Shown here one piece after another: positions 20,250 to 32,487 of a DNA stretch of 64,000 nt. Position 1 is the first letter of the stretch. Each line of letters starts with the position of its first letter. The position numbers and the translations under genes are program-made. Source of the stretch: Azolla caroliniana (lineage: Eukaryota > Plantae > Polypodiophyta); contig JBHGNT010000068.1 of NCBI GenBank assembly GCA_043228905.1, forward strand, positions 70,590 to 134,589, read 5' to 3'. Below the pieces are notes generated by a model that worked only from the letters and a program-made list of their open reading frames with translations, did no database searches and was not told where the DNA came from.

Positions 20250-22808
20250 TTACTCCATTCTGTTTGTTTTTAAATCCATGGCAGCTGCAGTGTATATATT
20301 TTGCATACCAACATATGCAGCAGTACACCTGTCATCCAATTGTATTATTTTCTCAAACGCGAACCTCCCAAGTTCAACCTTCATCCATTTTTGACAAGCC
20401 CCCAAAAAAGCCAAACACATTGACACATCGTCCAGCAAAAAACGTTTAGCCATGCCAAAATCTCCTGCTCGCCCAAACAGATCCACCATGCAGGTATAAT
20501 GCTCTACTGTTGGGGTGAGACCATACAACACAATCATGTCATGAAATAACTCTTTTCCTATCTCTACTAGAGCTGCATGGCTGCATGCATTCATGACAAC
20601 GAGGAAGGTAATTGAATTCGGCTGAATACCTACTAGTCTCATTCTTTTGAATGAATCCAAAACCATATTCATTTCACCTAGCTGTGCATATCCAGCAATA
20701 AGGGCACTCCATGAAACAACATCCTGGTCTGGAAGCTCAGAAAATACTGTAAGTGCACTTTCAAGTGCTCCACATTTTGTATACATATCAAGTAATGCAG
20801 TGCCAAGCACAACATCCTTAAGCAATCCCTCTTCTTTCACCTCAGAATGTATTCCTTCTCCAATCTTCAAAGATCCTATGGTAGCACAAGCTTTTAAAAT
20901 GTAAACATACGTCACTGCATCTGGTGAGACTCCCTCATCCTCCATATGTATAAAACATTCAATAGCTTGATGATTACACCCATTTTCCATGTATCCAGCT
21001 ACAAGGGCATTCCATAACATAATATCATGTATAGGAAACTCATCAAATACATTATGTGCCGCTTTAAGGGCCCCACATTTTGCATACATATCAATTAATG
21101 CTTTCCTGATTACAGTATTCTTTTTGAATAATTCTTGCTTCTTCATCTTCAAATGTATTTCTTCTCCAGTCTGTAGAGACCCTGCAATCGTACAAGCTTT
21201 GAAAATGCAAACATATGTCGATTCATCTGGTGAGATTCCTTGATCTTCCATCTCTCTAAAGCATTCAACAGCTTGCTCACCAAGTCTGTAATTGACATAC
21301 CCAGCTATAAGTACATTCCATGACACGACATCCTGCAGAGGAAGCTCATCCAATACATCCCGCGCTCTTTGTAGCAAGCCACATTTAGCATACATATCAA
21401 TTAATGCATTGCCAACTGCAACATTCTTCTTCACTAATCCTTGCTCTCTCATCTTGACATGTATTCTTTCTCCAATCTCTAGACATCCCACACTGACACA
21501 AGCTTTTAAAATGCTGAGATAGGAAACTATATCAGGGGAAATTCCAACACTCTCCATCTTCCTCAAGCATTTCATCGCTTGATCACCATGTCCATTCCTG
21601 GAATATCCAGCTATAAGTGCAGTCCATGACACAACATCACGCACAGGAAGTTCATCAAATACTTCATGTGCTCTTTGAAGCTCGCCACACTTGGCATACA
21701 TATCAATTAGCGTGTTTCCAAGCACAATGTTCTTTCCTAATCCCCTTTGTCTCACCTTAGCATGTGTTTCTTCTCCAATCTCAAGAGATCCTATCACTGC
21801 ACACGCTTTTAAAATGCAAACATAAGTCACATTATCAGGCAACACTCTTGCATTCTCCATTTGTTTGAAGCATTTAATTGCTTGATCTCCGAGACCATGT
21901 TCGACATATCCAGCTATAAGTGCATTCCATGATACAACATCCTGTAGAGGAAGTTCGTCGAACACCTCACGTGCCCTTTTAAGGGCACCACACTTCGCAT
22001 ACATATCGATTAAAGTATTCCCAAGCACAATGTTCTTCTTCAATAATACTCTCTCTCTCACCTTTGCATGCAATTCTTTTCCAATCTCAAGGGACCCTAT
22101 AGTAGCGCAAGCTTTTAAAACACTAACATATGTCACTTCATCAGGAGAGACTCCCTTATTTTCCATCTGTCTTAAGCATTTAATGGCTTGATCACCAAGT
22201 CCACTTTTGGCGTATCCAGCAATAAGTGCACTCCATGACACGACATCTTGTTGTGAAAGGTCATTAAATATTTCCTCTGCTCTCACAAGGATGCCACATT
22301 TGGCATACATGTCAATTAACGTATTGCCAAGCTCAACATTGTCCTTCAATAAACCTCGCTCTCTCACCTTGGCATGTAATTCTTCCCCAATCTCAAGAGA
22401 TCCAGTGTTAGCACAAGCTTTTAAGATACAGATAAATGTTACCGGAGTAGGGATGATCTCCTCATCCACCATACGTCTGTAACATTCTACAGCTTGGTCA
22501 AACGCCTTATTCTCAACATATCCAGATATAAGTGCATTCCATGATACAACATCCCGATGAGGAAGATGATCGAAAATTTCTTGTGCCTCTGCTACCGCTC
22601 CACAATTGCCATATGTCCGAATGAGAGCAGTAGAAACATAGATGTCCTTCAAGATCCAATGCTTCATATCAGAATGTAATTGCCTTGCTTTGAGGAGGTC
22701 TTTCTCTTTTCCACAGGACTTCACCATTTCTAAAATACCATGATTCCTCTGTTTTCCATAAGAACCAGAAGAATAGGCAACATATGTGTGACATGGTGAT
22801 GACATCAT
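20250..22808 (-). CDS. PLS-class pentatricopeptide repeat protein with an E-type C-terminus and no DYW domain (organellar RNA-editing factor type)
   Basis: 852-aa intronless ORF with about 7 P-L-S triplets of about 101 aa (LIDMYAKCG...DVVSWxALIAGY...TYVxILKACA), then the HYTCMVDLFGRAG motif and a degenerate E domain ending YVGMQNIY. Confidence 0.93.
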   Translation of the reverse strand: MMSSPCHTYVAYSSGSYGKQRNHGILEMVKSCGKEKDLLKARQLHSDMKHWILKDIYVSTALIRTYGNCGAVAEAQEIFDHLPHRDVVSWNALISGYVENKAFDQAVECYRRMVDEEIIPTPVTFICILKACANTGSLEIGEELHAKVRERGLLKDNVELGNTLIDMYAKCGILVRAEEIFNDLSQQDVVSWSALIAGYAKSGLGDQAIKCLRQMENKGVSPDEVTYVSVLKACATIGSLEIGKELHAKVRERVLLKKNIVLGNTLIDMYAKCGALKRAREVFDELPLQDVVSWNALIAGYVEHGLGDQAIKCFKQMENARVLPDNVTYVCILKACAVIGSLEIGEETHAKVRQRGLGKNIVLGNTLIDMYAKCGELQRAHEVFDELPVRDVVSWTALIAGYSRNGHGDQAMKCLRKMESVGISPDIVSYLSILKACVSVGCLEIGERIHVKMREQGLVKKNVAVGNALIDMYAKCGLLQRARDVLDELPLQDVVSWNVLIAGYVNYRLGEQAVECFREMEDQGISPDESTYVCIFKACTIAGSLQTGEEIHLKMKKQELFKKNTVIRKALIDMYAKCGALKAAHNVFDEFPIHDIMLWNALVAGYMENGCNHQAIECFIHMEDEGVSPDAVTYVYILKACATIGSLKIGEGIHSEVKEEGLLKDVVLGTALLDMYTKCGALESALTVFSELPDQDVVSWSALIAGYAQLGEMNMVLDSFKRMRLVGIQPNSITFLVVMNACSHAALVEIGKELFHDMIVLYGLTPTVEHYTCMVDLFGRAGDFGMAKRFLLDDVSMCLAFLGACQKWMKVELGRFAFEKIIQLDDRCTAAYVGMQNIYTAAAMDLKTNRME

Positions 22809-23723
22809 CCCTGGTAAAGTTCAGTTTTAGAGCGGGGCGGAAATGCAACCATATCAATAATAGTTTCCGTTGTGGTTTTGTGTCTAGAATATGGGTCAAA
22901 AACCATATCCAACTGATCAAAATAACCGTGAAACTGGTTTTTGTAAACATAAGATAAACCGTGTCTCTGTGAGCGAGATCAGAAATGAGATGAGGTACCT
23001 TTGCATCACGCTGATCCCAGAATCGGCGTCGTTATGTGAAGGAGAGCGTCCCCCGTGGCTGTTTACTCGGCCTTAGCCACATTACATGCCTGCATGCTCT
23101 GTTCCTTCCACCTACATATACATTATATATCTGTATCATGTATGTATGTATGTATAGCCATAGCATATATATGTTTATGCTCATACATATCACATCATAT
23201 TTGTATCCTGTGTGCGCTTAACTAACTCTTCTACTAAATTTTTAGGAAAAAATTTTACATTTTGGCCTCCTCTCCAAATTAAGACTACCCCTCGTAAAGC
23301 TACACATATCAAGAAGAGTCGAGGCATCTCCTAATCACGTGAAAATTAAGAGTTGCAAAACCCGGAAGTAATGCACATGTGTTCATTTTGGTGCGTAACA
23401 ACTCCCTGCCTTTTTGTCTCAGCAGTTGGATCTGCGAAATCATCTTGAAGGAATTTTACTCCTAATTGCAACCACACATTAACGAAGCGTTTATAGCCAT
23501 TTCGGAAAATAACTACACATACTCTAGTGCTTTTTAAATACATATAAGCATATTGTGGCATGTCTCTCATGATTGATAAACTAAGCTTGTGTATTAGAAA
23601 TTGAAAAAACATCTTAGTGTGTCGTCAAAGTGACCTAAATTGGTTTGTTCATAGATGAGGGTGTGAATAAGATGAAACTCCAAGTTAAGCACAATGACAT
23701 AGGCATAACCTAGTAGTTTCCCT

Positions 23724-23994
23724 CATAGTATGAACCATACGTACCATACACGAATGGTTCAATCATTCGCGAAAGAAAAACACCCTCAAAGAATGATAAA
23801 TACCATACTTTTGGATTAACTATTTATTATGAGGTAGATAAGCCTAAAAATGAAAAAAAAACAAAAAAAAAACATTAAAAAAATGGGAAAAAAACAAAAA
23901 AAAAACACAAGAATGTTCGAATAACATTCGCATTCGTTTTCCAATGTAGGAAAACGAATGTTATACTAGACGAACACGAATTTCACGTACTATG
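23724..23994. mobile_element. hAT-type MITE, copy 2 (271 bp)
   Basis: Termini CATAGTATG...CGTACTATG. Internal blocks shared with 13027-13300 (TAAATACCATACTTTTG, AAAACACAAGAATGTT, GAAAACGAATGTT, ACGAACACGAAT). No clean TSD. Confidence 0.72.
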
Positions 23995-24630
23995 GAACTT
24001 TCCCTAACTAAGCATGACAACAAAGCAATCTTGTACATCACCTTTTTTTGGGTTTTTACCATATACGAGGAGGCCAAATATGATATATGGCAACAAAATA
24101 AATATCTACATATTGCATATGTCGCCTTCCTAACAAGGGGATTGCTACTTCCTTGTAAAAATTCTCTATGAGAAAGTATATATGCATACACATTATGTGC
24201 TCAAACTTCTCGACAATGCTTTGAGTAAGAAACCTAAGTTCCTACCCCATTCACAAGTGGTCATAAGCACCTAGGTAATGCTTTGAATGTTGTTTGCTTC
24301 GAAAGCATTGGGATTTTGGGCACATAAATATTCGATAATTATTGATAATTACAAATGTTTGATTGATGATGAGGTGAGACAAAACGGTCAATACTGTTTA
24401 CAAAGTGAGTTGTATACCCATATTTTTCAGGTCTATTTTTTTCCTTGATAAATCACAAATTAAAACGTAAATATTTATCATTGGAGAGGATGATAGTAGT
24501 AAATTCATTGGCTCTTCAAAATCCAAATAGGAGACATGAAGAGATCAATATTCTCAAGGTCGATTACTAATGGAAAAACTAAAAATGAAGCAATTGAGGC
24601 ATATATTGTTCAATTCTATGTAAGCTAGTA

Positions 24631-27027
24631 GTTTTACAATCTAGGCCAATTGCTGATTTGCATTGGGATCCGTCTAATTATGGTTGGAAGCTGTCCAGAT
24701 CAGACACTTTGCAAACGAAGGTCCTCCCATTCTTCACATATTATGTGGCGTTTGGAAGGAATTTTCTTTTGAATCGGTACCTGTGGGGAAAAAATATTGG
24801 GAGGAAGGTAATGTGTCATCCTCGCATATGTTGAAGTTTTGGAAACAATTTTGGTCACTTAAGTGTATGAATAAGGTATTACAGTTTTGATGGTTCATGA
24901 TTCATTATGCCTTGCTAGTAGAAGGTTTATTGAGGAGAACAATGCCTGATAGATCATGTGTTATGTGCGGGTTTGCAGTTGAGACATTGCATCATGTTTT
25001 TTGGGAATGTGTTGCGGCCAAAAGTTTTTGGTTTCGAATTCTTAGGTTATTAGGTCATAAGTATAGGTCAACCATTTTCACGTGGGGTGCAGTATTTTGG
25101 GGAACGTTGGATCAACAAAAGGCTTTTTATCAATATCATAATTCTTCATTGACTTTACAGGTAAAAAGTTTTCAGGTGTACTCTATTTCAACCTCCGTAC
25201 CAGGAATCAAGTTCTTCTCACGGTGTTATGTTTGGCAGATTGTTTCCTCTTTGGCTCGATGGGTTTTGTGGAAAGCGAGATGTTCCAAACTATACAACGA
25301 TGAACAAATTCATGTTGTGGATCAGGTTAAGACCTTTTGGGAATTAGTGATACATACAGTAAAAGGTGAGTATGATAGTTATAAGGGTTATGTAAATAAA
25401 GCTAACCGGAAAAGAAGAAGAATTCATAGAGTTTGGGCAGCTATTCCTATTTTGTTGGATGCAGGTGATAATGTTAAGTGGAATTACGTTCCACCTCGTT
25501 GGTTGTTTCCGCCACCAACACCGTTCTTAGTGTAGACAACATGGAATTTGGTGAAAATGGCGATAGGGTTGCTATGGAATTATTTTGAAGCAGATTTAGT
25601 TATTGTAACTTTTAGAACGATGAATGAAGACGGGGACAGAGGCAAATACAAATTTTCATGATGGTTTGAGGAGTGTGTATATACAGGAAAGTAGTGAAAA
25701 TGGAGAGGACTTTGATGGAAAATGGCGAGATGCTTTGATGTGGAAGTTTTTTTGAAGTAGACTTATTTATTTTCAGTTTTTAGAATGATGAGTGAAGATG
25801 GTGGCGGAGGCAGAAGCAAGGTTTCATGAGGGTTTGAGGAGAGTGGATTCATTCTGGTTTTCTTTTTGTAGGTACAGAACTCGAGCGATGAATTGCAAGA
25901 TGGTTGTAGTGGAAAATGAAGTTGATTTATTTTGAAAGGATGAGTGAAGATGGTGACGGAGGCGGAAGCAAGGTTTCATGAGGGTTTGAGGAGAGTGGAT
26001 TCATTCTGGTTTTTGTAGGTACAGGACTCGGGCGATGAATGGCAAGATGGTTGTAGTGGAAAATGAAGCTGATTTAATTTTGGAAGGATGAGTAAAGATG
26101 GTGGTGGAGATAGAAGCAAGGTTTCATGAAGGTTTTAGGAGAGTGGATTCATTTTGGTTTTTGTAGGTATGGGACTCGAGTGATGAATGGTAAGAGGATC
26201 TTGATGCAAAATGGAGAGATAGTTGATGTGGAAGTTTTTGAAGCAGTCTTATTTACTTTCAGTTTTCAGAATGATGAGTGAAGATGGTGGCGGAGGTAGA
26301 AGCAAGGTTTTATGAGGGTGAGGAGAGTGGATTAATTATGTTTTCTGTATGTACAGGAAATTGTTGAAAATAGAGAGATACAAGACTCGGGCAATGACTG
26401 GCAAGATGGATGTTGTGGAAAAGGAAGCTGATTTATTTTTGAAAGGATGAGTGAGGATGTTGTCGAGGGTTGAAGCAAATGTCATGAGTGGATGAGGACA
26501 ACTAATTTTTTCTTTGTTGTCTATAAAGGAATTCCATGGAAAATGAAGAGATGGCTAATGTGGAAATATTTTGAAGCACATTTATTTGTTTTTAGTTTGT
26601 ACAACGATGAGCGAAGATGGTGGCGGAGGCAGAAGCAAATTTGCATGAGGGTCTGAGGAGATTGGATTGAGTAGAGAACCAATATTTTCATATGGTAGGT
26701 TCATCTGGATCATTTGGATATGATGAACTCTTACATGTAGTAGCGATCAAGGAACCATTGTGAAAGAAGATATATCACTACATGTTGAATACGATGGAAT
26801 TGATGTTAGGGGCTTTGGCATGGCATCAACATTACTTGGTGATATGGACGCTGGTAGGGCAACAATATTACTTAGGGAGAAGTTCACCGATATTATCTTG
26901 TATCTTGCCTTTATCTTTATCTAGAAAGATTGGCTGCACAATATTCATTGTAATGTTGGATTATCTTGTATCTTGCCTTTGGCTACTTTAATCTTAATAC
27001 GAATGGAGGATAATTTTTATGGAAAAA
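24631..27027 (+). mobile_element. 5'-truncated L1-type LINE with a long repeat-containing 3' UTR
   Basis: 19-bp TSD AATTCTATGTAAGCTAGTA (24612-24630 and 27028-27046), short A tail, and a zf-RVT remnant CVMCGFAVETLHHVFWEC...LWKARC...WNYVPPRWLFP (ORF 24897-25535). Confidence 0.88.
25600..26700 (+). repeat. Degenerate tandem array of about 7 units of 150-185 bp within the L1 3' UTR
   Basis: Recurrent core GATGAGTGAAGATGGTGGCGGAGGCAGAAGCAAGGTTTCATGAGGG near 25620, 25787, 25939, 26087, 26273, 26446 and 26606. Confidence 0.85.
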
Positions 27028-27826
27028 AATTCTATGTAAGCTAGTATCCTAATATGGGAATCTGTTTGAAAATCAAAAGAATAGTCTTTGGAGAAGATAG
27101 GCAAAGATAATTTAGAGAGCGATGAAAAACAACACAAAATTAATTGATTGGATATAAATTTGAAGTCAAGAGTTTTTTGCAACTTGGGAAGTAGTGAGAA
27201 AAGGCAAGTCTTCTGAACATAATACACTTGCCATAAAGTGGTCTAAGTGGGCTTAGTCGATTATCAAGTATGATTAGATTGTTATGATACAAGACGTGCA
27301 ATATAGATACATGGTATGCATTAATAGACATATTCTCAATACAAGGTTTCTCATGTACTACAACACCTTCATTCAATAGTGCATTTTCAAATTGAATTCT
27401 TTTGGTTGATATTTTGGGAATTTTAAAGTATAGTTGACTATAATGCTTGGGTTTCACATTAGCAAGAAACGTTTAGTTCTAGCAACAAAACACCTTTGTA
27501 TGATGGGTAATTTTATTAAATAATTGAGAGTAAATTGCAATATTTAGGTTATGTTGGATGCAATTAGTATAATGGTTCCATCTACAAACACGTGATTCAA
27601 GCATCGACACTAATTTATTTTGCTAATTGTTTCACTATCTAATCGGTTAGGATACATGACTCTCTCTTTTTGTAAATGTATGTTTGTCATTAAAACAATA
27701 TGATAATACAACCCTCGTTATCACCATTACTTAATTAGTAGCGATATGGCAAGGTAAACCGTCTCAAGTGTTGTAATACTAGATGACATAACTCTACCTC
27801 ATATGGGGCAATTAGGTTAGTATGCC

Positions 27827-29064
27827 TAGTGTTGCCTTTTGACGGCCAACATTGCATGTCATGAGACCGGTATTCCAATATTTTTGCCCGTCAAATGATG
27901 GTTTGTCGAAAAAATTGCCCTTCAAAAAGTAAATACATTGAATATTCGTATTAAACAATATATTATACCCTTCTATCCTTTGCATCTTTCCTATTTTCAT
28001 ATACACAATCCCATTCTATTTCTTCAATGTGTGGCCCATTCAATGAGAATCACATTAAATCATCTAAATGTTCTATATTCAATCGGTTTCTTTTCATCTC
28101 TTTGATGAGATTTTGCTTAGAGAACCCTCTCTCATACAAAACCGTGGTAGATGGAATAACCAAAGTAGTGTGCCATAATTTCATCAAATGAGGGAAACTA
28201 TCTTGTCAATCCTTCATTTTGCAAAACATACGCCAAGCTTCATGCATAGTATAGCCTTCACAATTTAAAGTAAAGTGTCAACAAACCTATAGAGTTCCAT
28301 TTCACAAGCCTTTGCATCATGTAAAAATTGAAGACATGCATTGACATCAATGATAAATGAGGGAAACTATCTTGTCAATCCTTCATTTTGCAAAACATAC
28401 GCCAAGCTTCATGCATAGTATAGCCTTCACAATTTAAAGTAAAGTGTCAACAAACCTATAGAGTTCCATTTCACAAGCCTTTGCATCATGTAAAAATTGA
28501 AGACATGCATTGACATCAATGATAAATTATAACTTGTGTGTGAGACTTGCAAAGTTATGGATGTATTCCATCAATGATCAATTATAACTTGTGAGTGAGA
28601 GAGAGGATGAGAAAGAAAGAAAGAACAAAGTACAACTTGATCAATGCAAAGAGCTTGAGAAAGAATTATAACTTGATCAAAGCAAGGGAGAGAGTGAGAG
28701 AGAAATAAAAAAAGAAGTAGAAACAAATGGAGAGAGAGAGAGAAAGAAACAAACAAAAGAGAGGAATGGGCTCAAAATAGGAGAAACCCTAAGTTTATTT
28801 TCCTTCTCTTTTATCATATCACATAACATATGTTTTACACATTTACTTTCCTTAAATAAAACTATATGCTATGGCCTATGAATTGTAATTTGTAACTACT
28901 AATACATGTACTATTGTTTTGGCCTTAGCAAAATTTAAACCTTCATTTTTACGTTTTTATAAAATATATGCCCGTCAAGATTGACGGTTTCATTTTCAAA
29001 TTAACCTTCATATACGGTTAAATTTGCCAAAAACGATCAAAACAACCGTCAAAAGGCAACACTA
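27827..29064. mobile_element. Non-autonomous hAT-superfamily DNA transposon (1238 bp)
   Basis: Perfect 19-bp TIRs TAGTGTTGCCTTTTGACGG / CCGTCAAAAGGCAACACTA and an exact 8-bp TSD AGTATGCC (27819-27826 and 29065-29072). Confidence 0.92.
28186..28527. repeat. Tandem duplication, 169-bp period, inside the hAT element
   Basis: AAATGAGGGAAACTATCTTGTC...GACATCAATGAT occurs twice head-to-tail and looks identical by eye. Confidence 0.9.
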
Positions 29065-29855
29065 AGTATGCCCAAGATGCTTGTTGAATTTGCTATTGTT
29101 TTCCATTACTACTTGTCCAATTCAGTTTCCGTTGCATAACTTGATACTTTGAGCTCATGCAATGGTAGATGATTTGTTCACGTTCCTAGAAGATGAAACA
29201 GATAACATAACTAAAGCCATTGAGGTGTTGCATTTGCATTGGTGTCAAGGTTGCACATGTAAGTTCGTTAGGGTTACACCATAGGAAATTTTGTTGATCT
29301 TGGATGACATGGCCAAATACTTGAAAAAGGTAATGTTTGTTGTCAATGTAAGCTACCCCATTGATGGTTTGTCTCAGCTTGTGAAATTTAGACTTGGATA
29401 TTGGTACACACACTCCTAGATAAAAATAAGCGTTGAAAGTATTTCGTATTCCTATTTGCTACTCGATTCATAGTGGTAAAAGTAATAATGATTCCCATGA
29501 TTTCTTTTTAGTAGGAATTACTACCTAATAAATCACTTCATTGATTTGCTCCTCCAGTAAAGAAAATGGTATGGAATAAATAAAGTGCAATGACTAACCT
29601 AAATAACTTGGGTTTCATGGAATCATATATGCAACCCAAAGAATTTTACAAATAGCAACCCTATTGAATATGGAAGAGCATACGGTTGCTTGAAGATCCT
29701 ATTAAAAGTATGTATTAGGAACTCAATCTTGGGTGAGCAAAAAATGTTCTCTTGTGACAAAAATATTGGTACTTACCAATGTAAAACAAGGATTAAAGCA
29801 TCTAGTGTCATGTTGTCAAAAGTGTTCGGTTATTTAAATGTTCAAAATTGATTAT

Positions 29856-30052
29856 GGTTTAATATTAGTGCTTTAGTAGCAAAGAAGTTTGAAATTGGTG
29901 AAGCAACAATCTCCAAAATGCTAAGTGTACAATATTAAGTCTCTAGGACAAAGGTTTAATATTAGTGCTTTAGTAGCAAAGAAGTTTGAAATTGGTGAAG
30001 CAACAATCTCCAAAATGCTAAGTGTACAATATTAAGTCTCTAGGACAAAGGT
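29856..30052. repeat. Tandem duplication, 97-bp period
   Basis: GGTTTAATATTAGTGC...CTAGGACAAA occurs twice head-to-tail. Confidence 0.9.
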
Positions 30053-31869
30053 ACTAGCATTCTCATGGCTTTTGCATTGGAATGTAAAAGAAAATTTCAA
30101 GTATGGATTTAATTGTTTTGTGAACTTGGCTTGGTAACTATCCAAATTGTGATTTTAGTGCATATAATCATCTAATGGCATTCTAAATTGTTTGAACCAA
30201 GTCCATATTTCTCCCAGATATGATCATTATTTTCTATGCCTATTATTGTGGCACATGGTTTGAAGTTGGTAGCAGATGAGTCCTAACAAGAGTAATTAAA
30301 TAGCCAAAAATCGATATTTGTGGTGCATAATATTGATTTTTATTGTAAGTTGATTCACGTTGTTGGTGTTAGGTTGGTGGTGAAGGTATTATTTACATGG
30401 ACCATTACCTGGTTAGCGGTGGGTGGTTGCCTTTGGTAATGCCTTTAATATGCTAACACATTTTCAATAATTTTGTCCCTTTTCAATGGGTTTTTGTTTA
30501 GGGTACAAAAGGTTGTTTGTTTGATGGTTATCATCGAGCATCACAAGAAGTGCATAGGCTAAAATAAAATTAGATTCGGTTGTTCTCACATCTGAGCTCT
30601 GCGGGCACTTTATCCTTAGAAGGGGTTCCCCTACATCAATTAGTCTTGCAACACCTGGAGGATTTTACCTCGCCATGTTTTCCTCACTATCACGAGGACA
30701 ATAAGGTTATTTTAATTGTCACTATGCTTTAATTAATATATGTCCTCCTTTTTATGAAAATCAAAATTGAGAGAATCATTACAAAGTGAAATAGGTTTAC
30801 ATAATCCAAGCAATGATATATTGCTTCCTTATGACATGCATATAACTTAACAAATAGGAGACAGAACCGTACACATTTTAGCAATTTTAAGAGAGACACT
30901 TAGACTAAGAAATCGCTCCTACATGTTGATTGGATGAGCTTCATTTTCTATTTAAAGTAAAATGTCCCGAGAGAGTCCAACTTTCACCGAATGTATACAA
31001 TCTCGTTTATTCACGAAGTCATATCATTGCGTTTTCTCCATGTGGTCCATCTTATGGAGTTGTTCTCCCATTGCCTTCTTCGACAATGTTGGTAATGATT
31101 TGAAGTTGTGCCATTGTTACTCTACTTGGGCATATAGATGCTTTTTACAATCTTCCTATAGAGAGCATTTAGGTATAACATGTAAGAAGACGCACATCAC
31201 AAGTTATTGGGGAACAATGTTTTTTGCTAGCGCTTTCATCGAATTGAGTTCCTAGGTGAGAGGAACCCAATTGCCCTCCTTCTCTCATGTGCCGGGGCAC
31301 GACACCTCAAGGGCCATTAAAGGGTAAGCTCCATTGCAAAAGTGAGCGAAAAAGAAAACACTTAATGAAAAGAGGAAAAGATATCTCTTGATAATATTCC
31401 AAAAGCAAAAGTTGGAAATGACCGGTCCAATGGGCCCAGTCATGTGCTAGTGTCATGTTTTAGTTAGTTATGCACAAAGGGGCACAGGTCAATCAACTAA
31501 TTGTAAAATGAAGGATGCATAATAAGTCAAGCGGATCAAATTGCAATAATGTAGTATTCAATATATATATGCGCACATGATTTAGGATTGACCAATCCTT
31601 TCCTATGGTTCACTAGCAAGCCTTATTAACTAATCGAGGAATGAATAATGCAAATGCAAGTTAGTTAGTATGGTGGTAGTGGTGGTTGTCGTTGTTGGGT
31701 GGGACGAGACCATCAAGCATATAATCGTGTTTCCATGCAATGCGCCTTTTCCAAAATTATAGCGAAGCGGAATATACGCTCTTTCTGGTCCATTCATTGG
31801 TAACAACAACAATGACGACCACAAGAGACGTGCGAGCAACCCGCTATCCCCCCCACAAGTCTCACTTAG

Positions 31870-32025
31870 CACATACATACATACATGCTATAATACATAC
31901 TATACATACATCAGATATACATGCATACTATACATAGATGCATGCATACATGCATACTATACATACATACATACATACATGCATACACACATACATGCAT
32001 GCATACTATACATACATACATACAT
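31870..32025. repeat. (TACA/TGCA)n low-complexity tract upstream of the expansin
   Basis: Mixed CATA/CATG tetranucleotide repeats. Confidence 0.8.
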
Positions 32026-32487
32026 AGTTTTATAATGAGGCCGAATGAATAACTTTATTTGGCTGGTGTCCTAGTCCTACATTTGTAACAGGGGATTGGA
32101 GCCCACCATGATGGATAGATAGATTGATAATGATAGACTGATGAGAGAAAGAGAGGGAAAGAAGGGCCGCTCATCATGGCGTTAATGCCGTTAATTGAAG
32201 AGACTTAGAATAATTGAAGAAAAGGACGGTGAGGACGACCCTTACCTCTCATGGGCTGCTGTGTGTCTGTCTGTACTTACTCTCCCTCATGGCCTTCATG
32301 ATAGCAACGGCTGCAACTAGCAGGGACATTCATCCACCATATCTATAATATGTAATTACATACATACATACATACATATATATATATATATGTATGTACA
32401 TACACACACAAGACAGACATTAAGAGGTTGCAACCACCGTGACCGCAAATACATACATACATACAAGCCTAATTTGAATTAAATACA

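Noticed and set aside
25600-26700. Repeat array resembling CRISPR (conserved core with variable spacers)
   Set aside because: Eukaryotic context, long degenerate units, mutually homologous spacers and no cas genes. It lies inside an L1 3' UTR.
29075-30400. Possible helix-turn-helix transposase trace (VAKKFEIGEATISKML)
   Set aside because: Too short and surrounded by stops, with no ends or second motif found.
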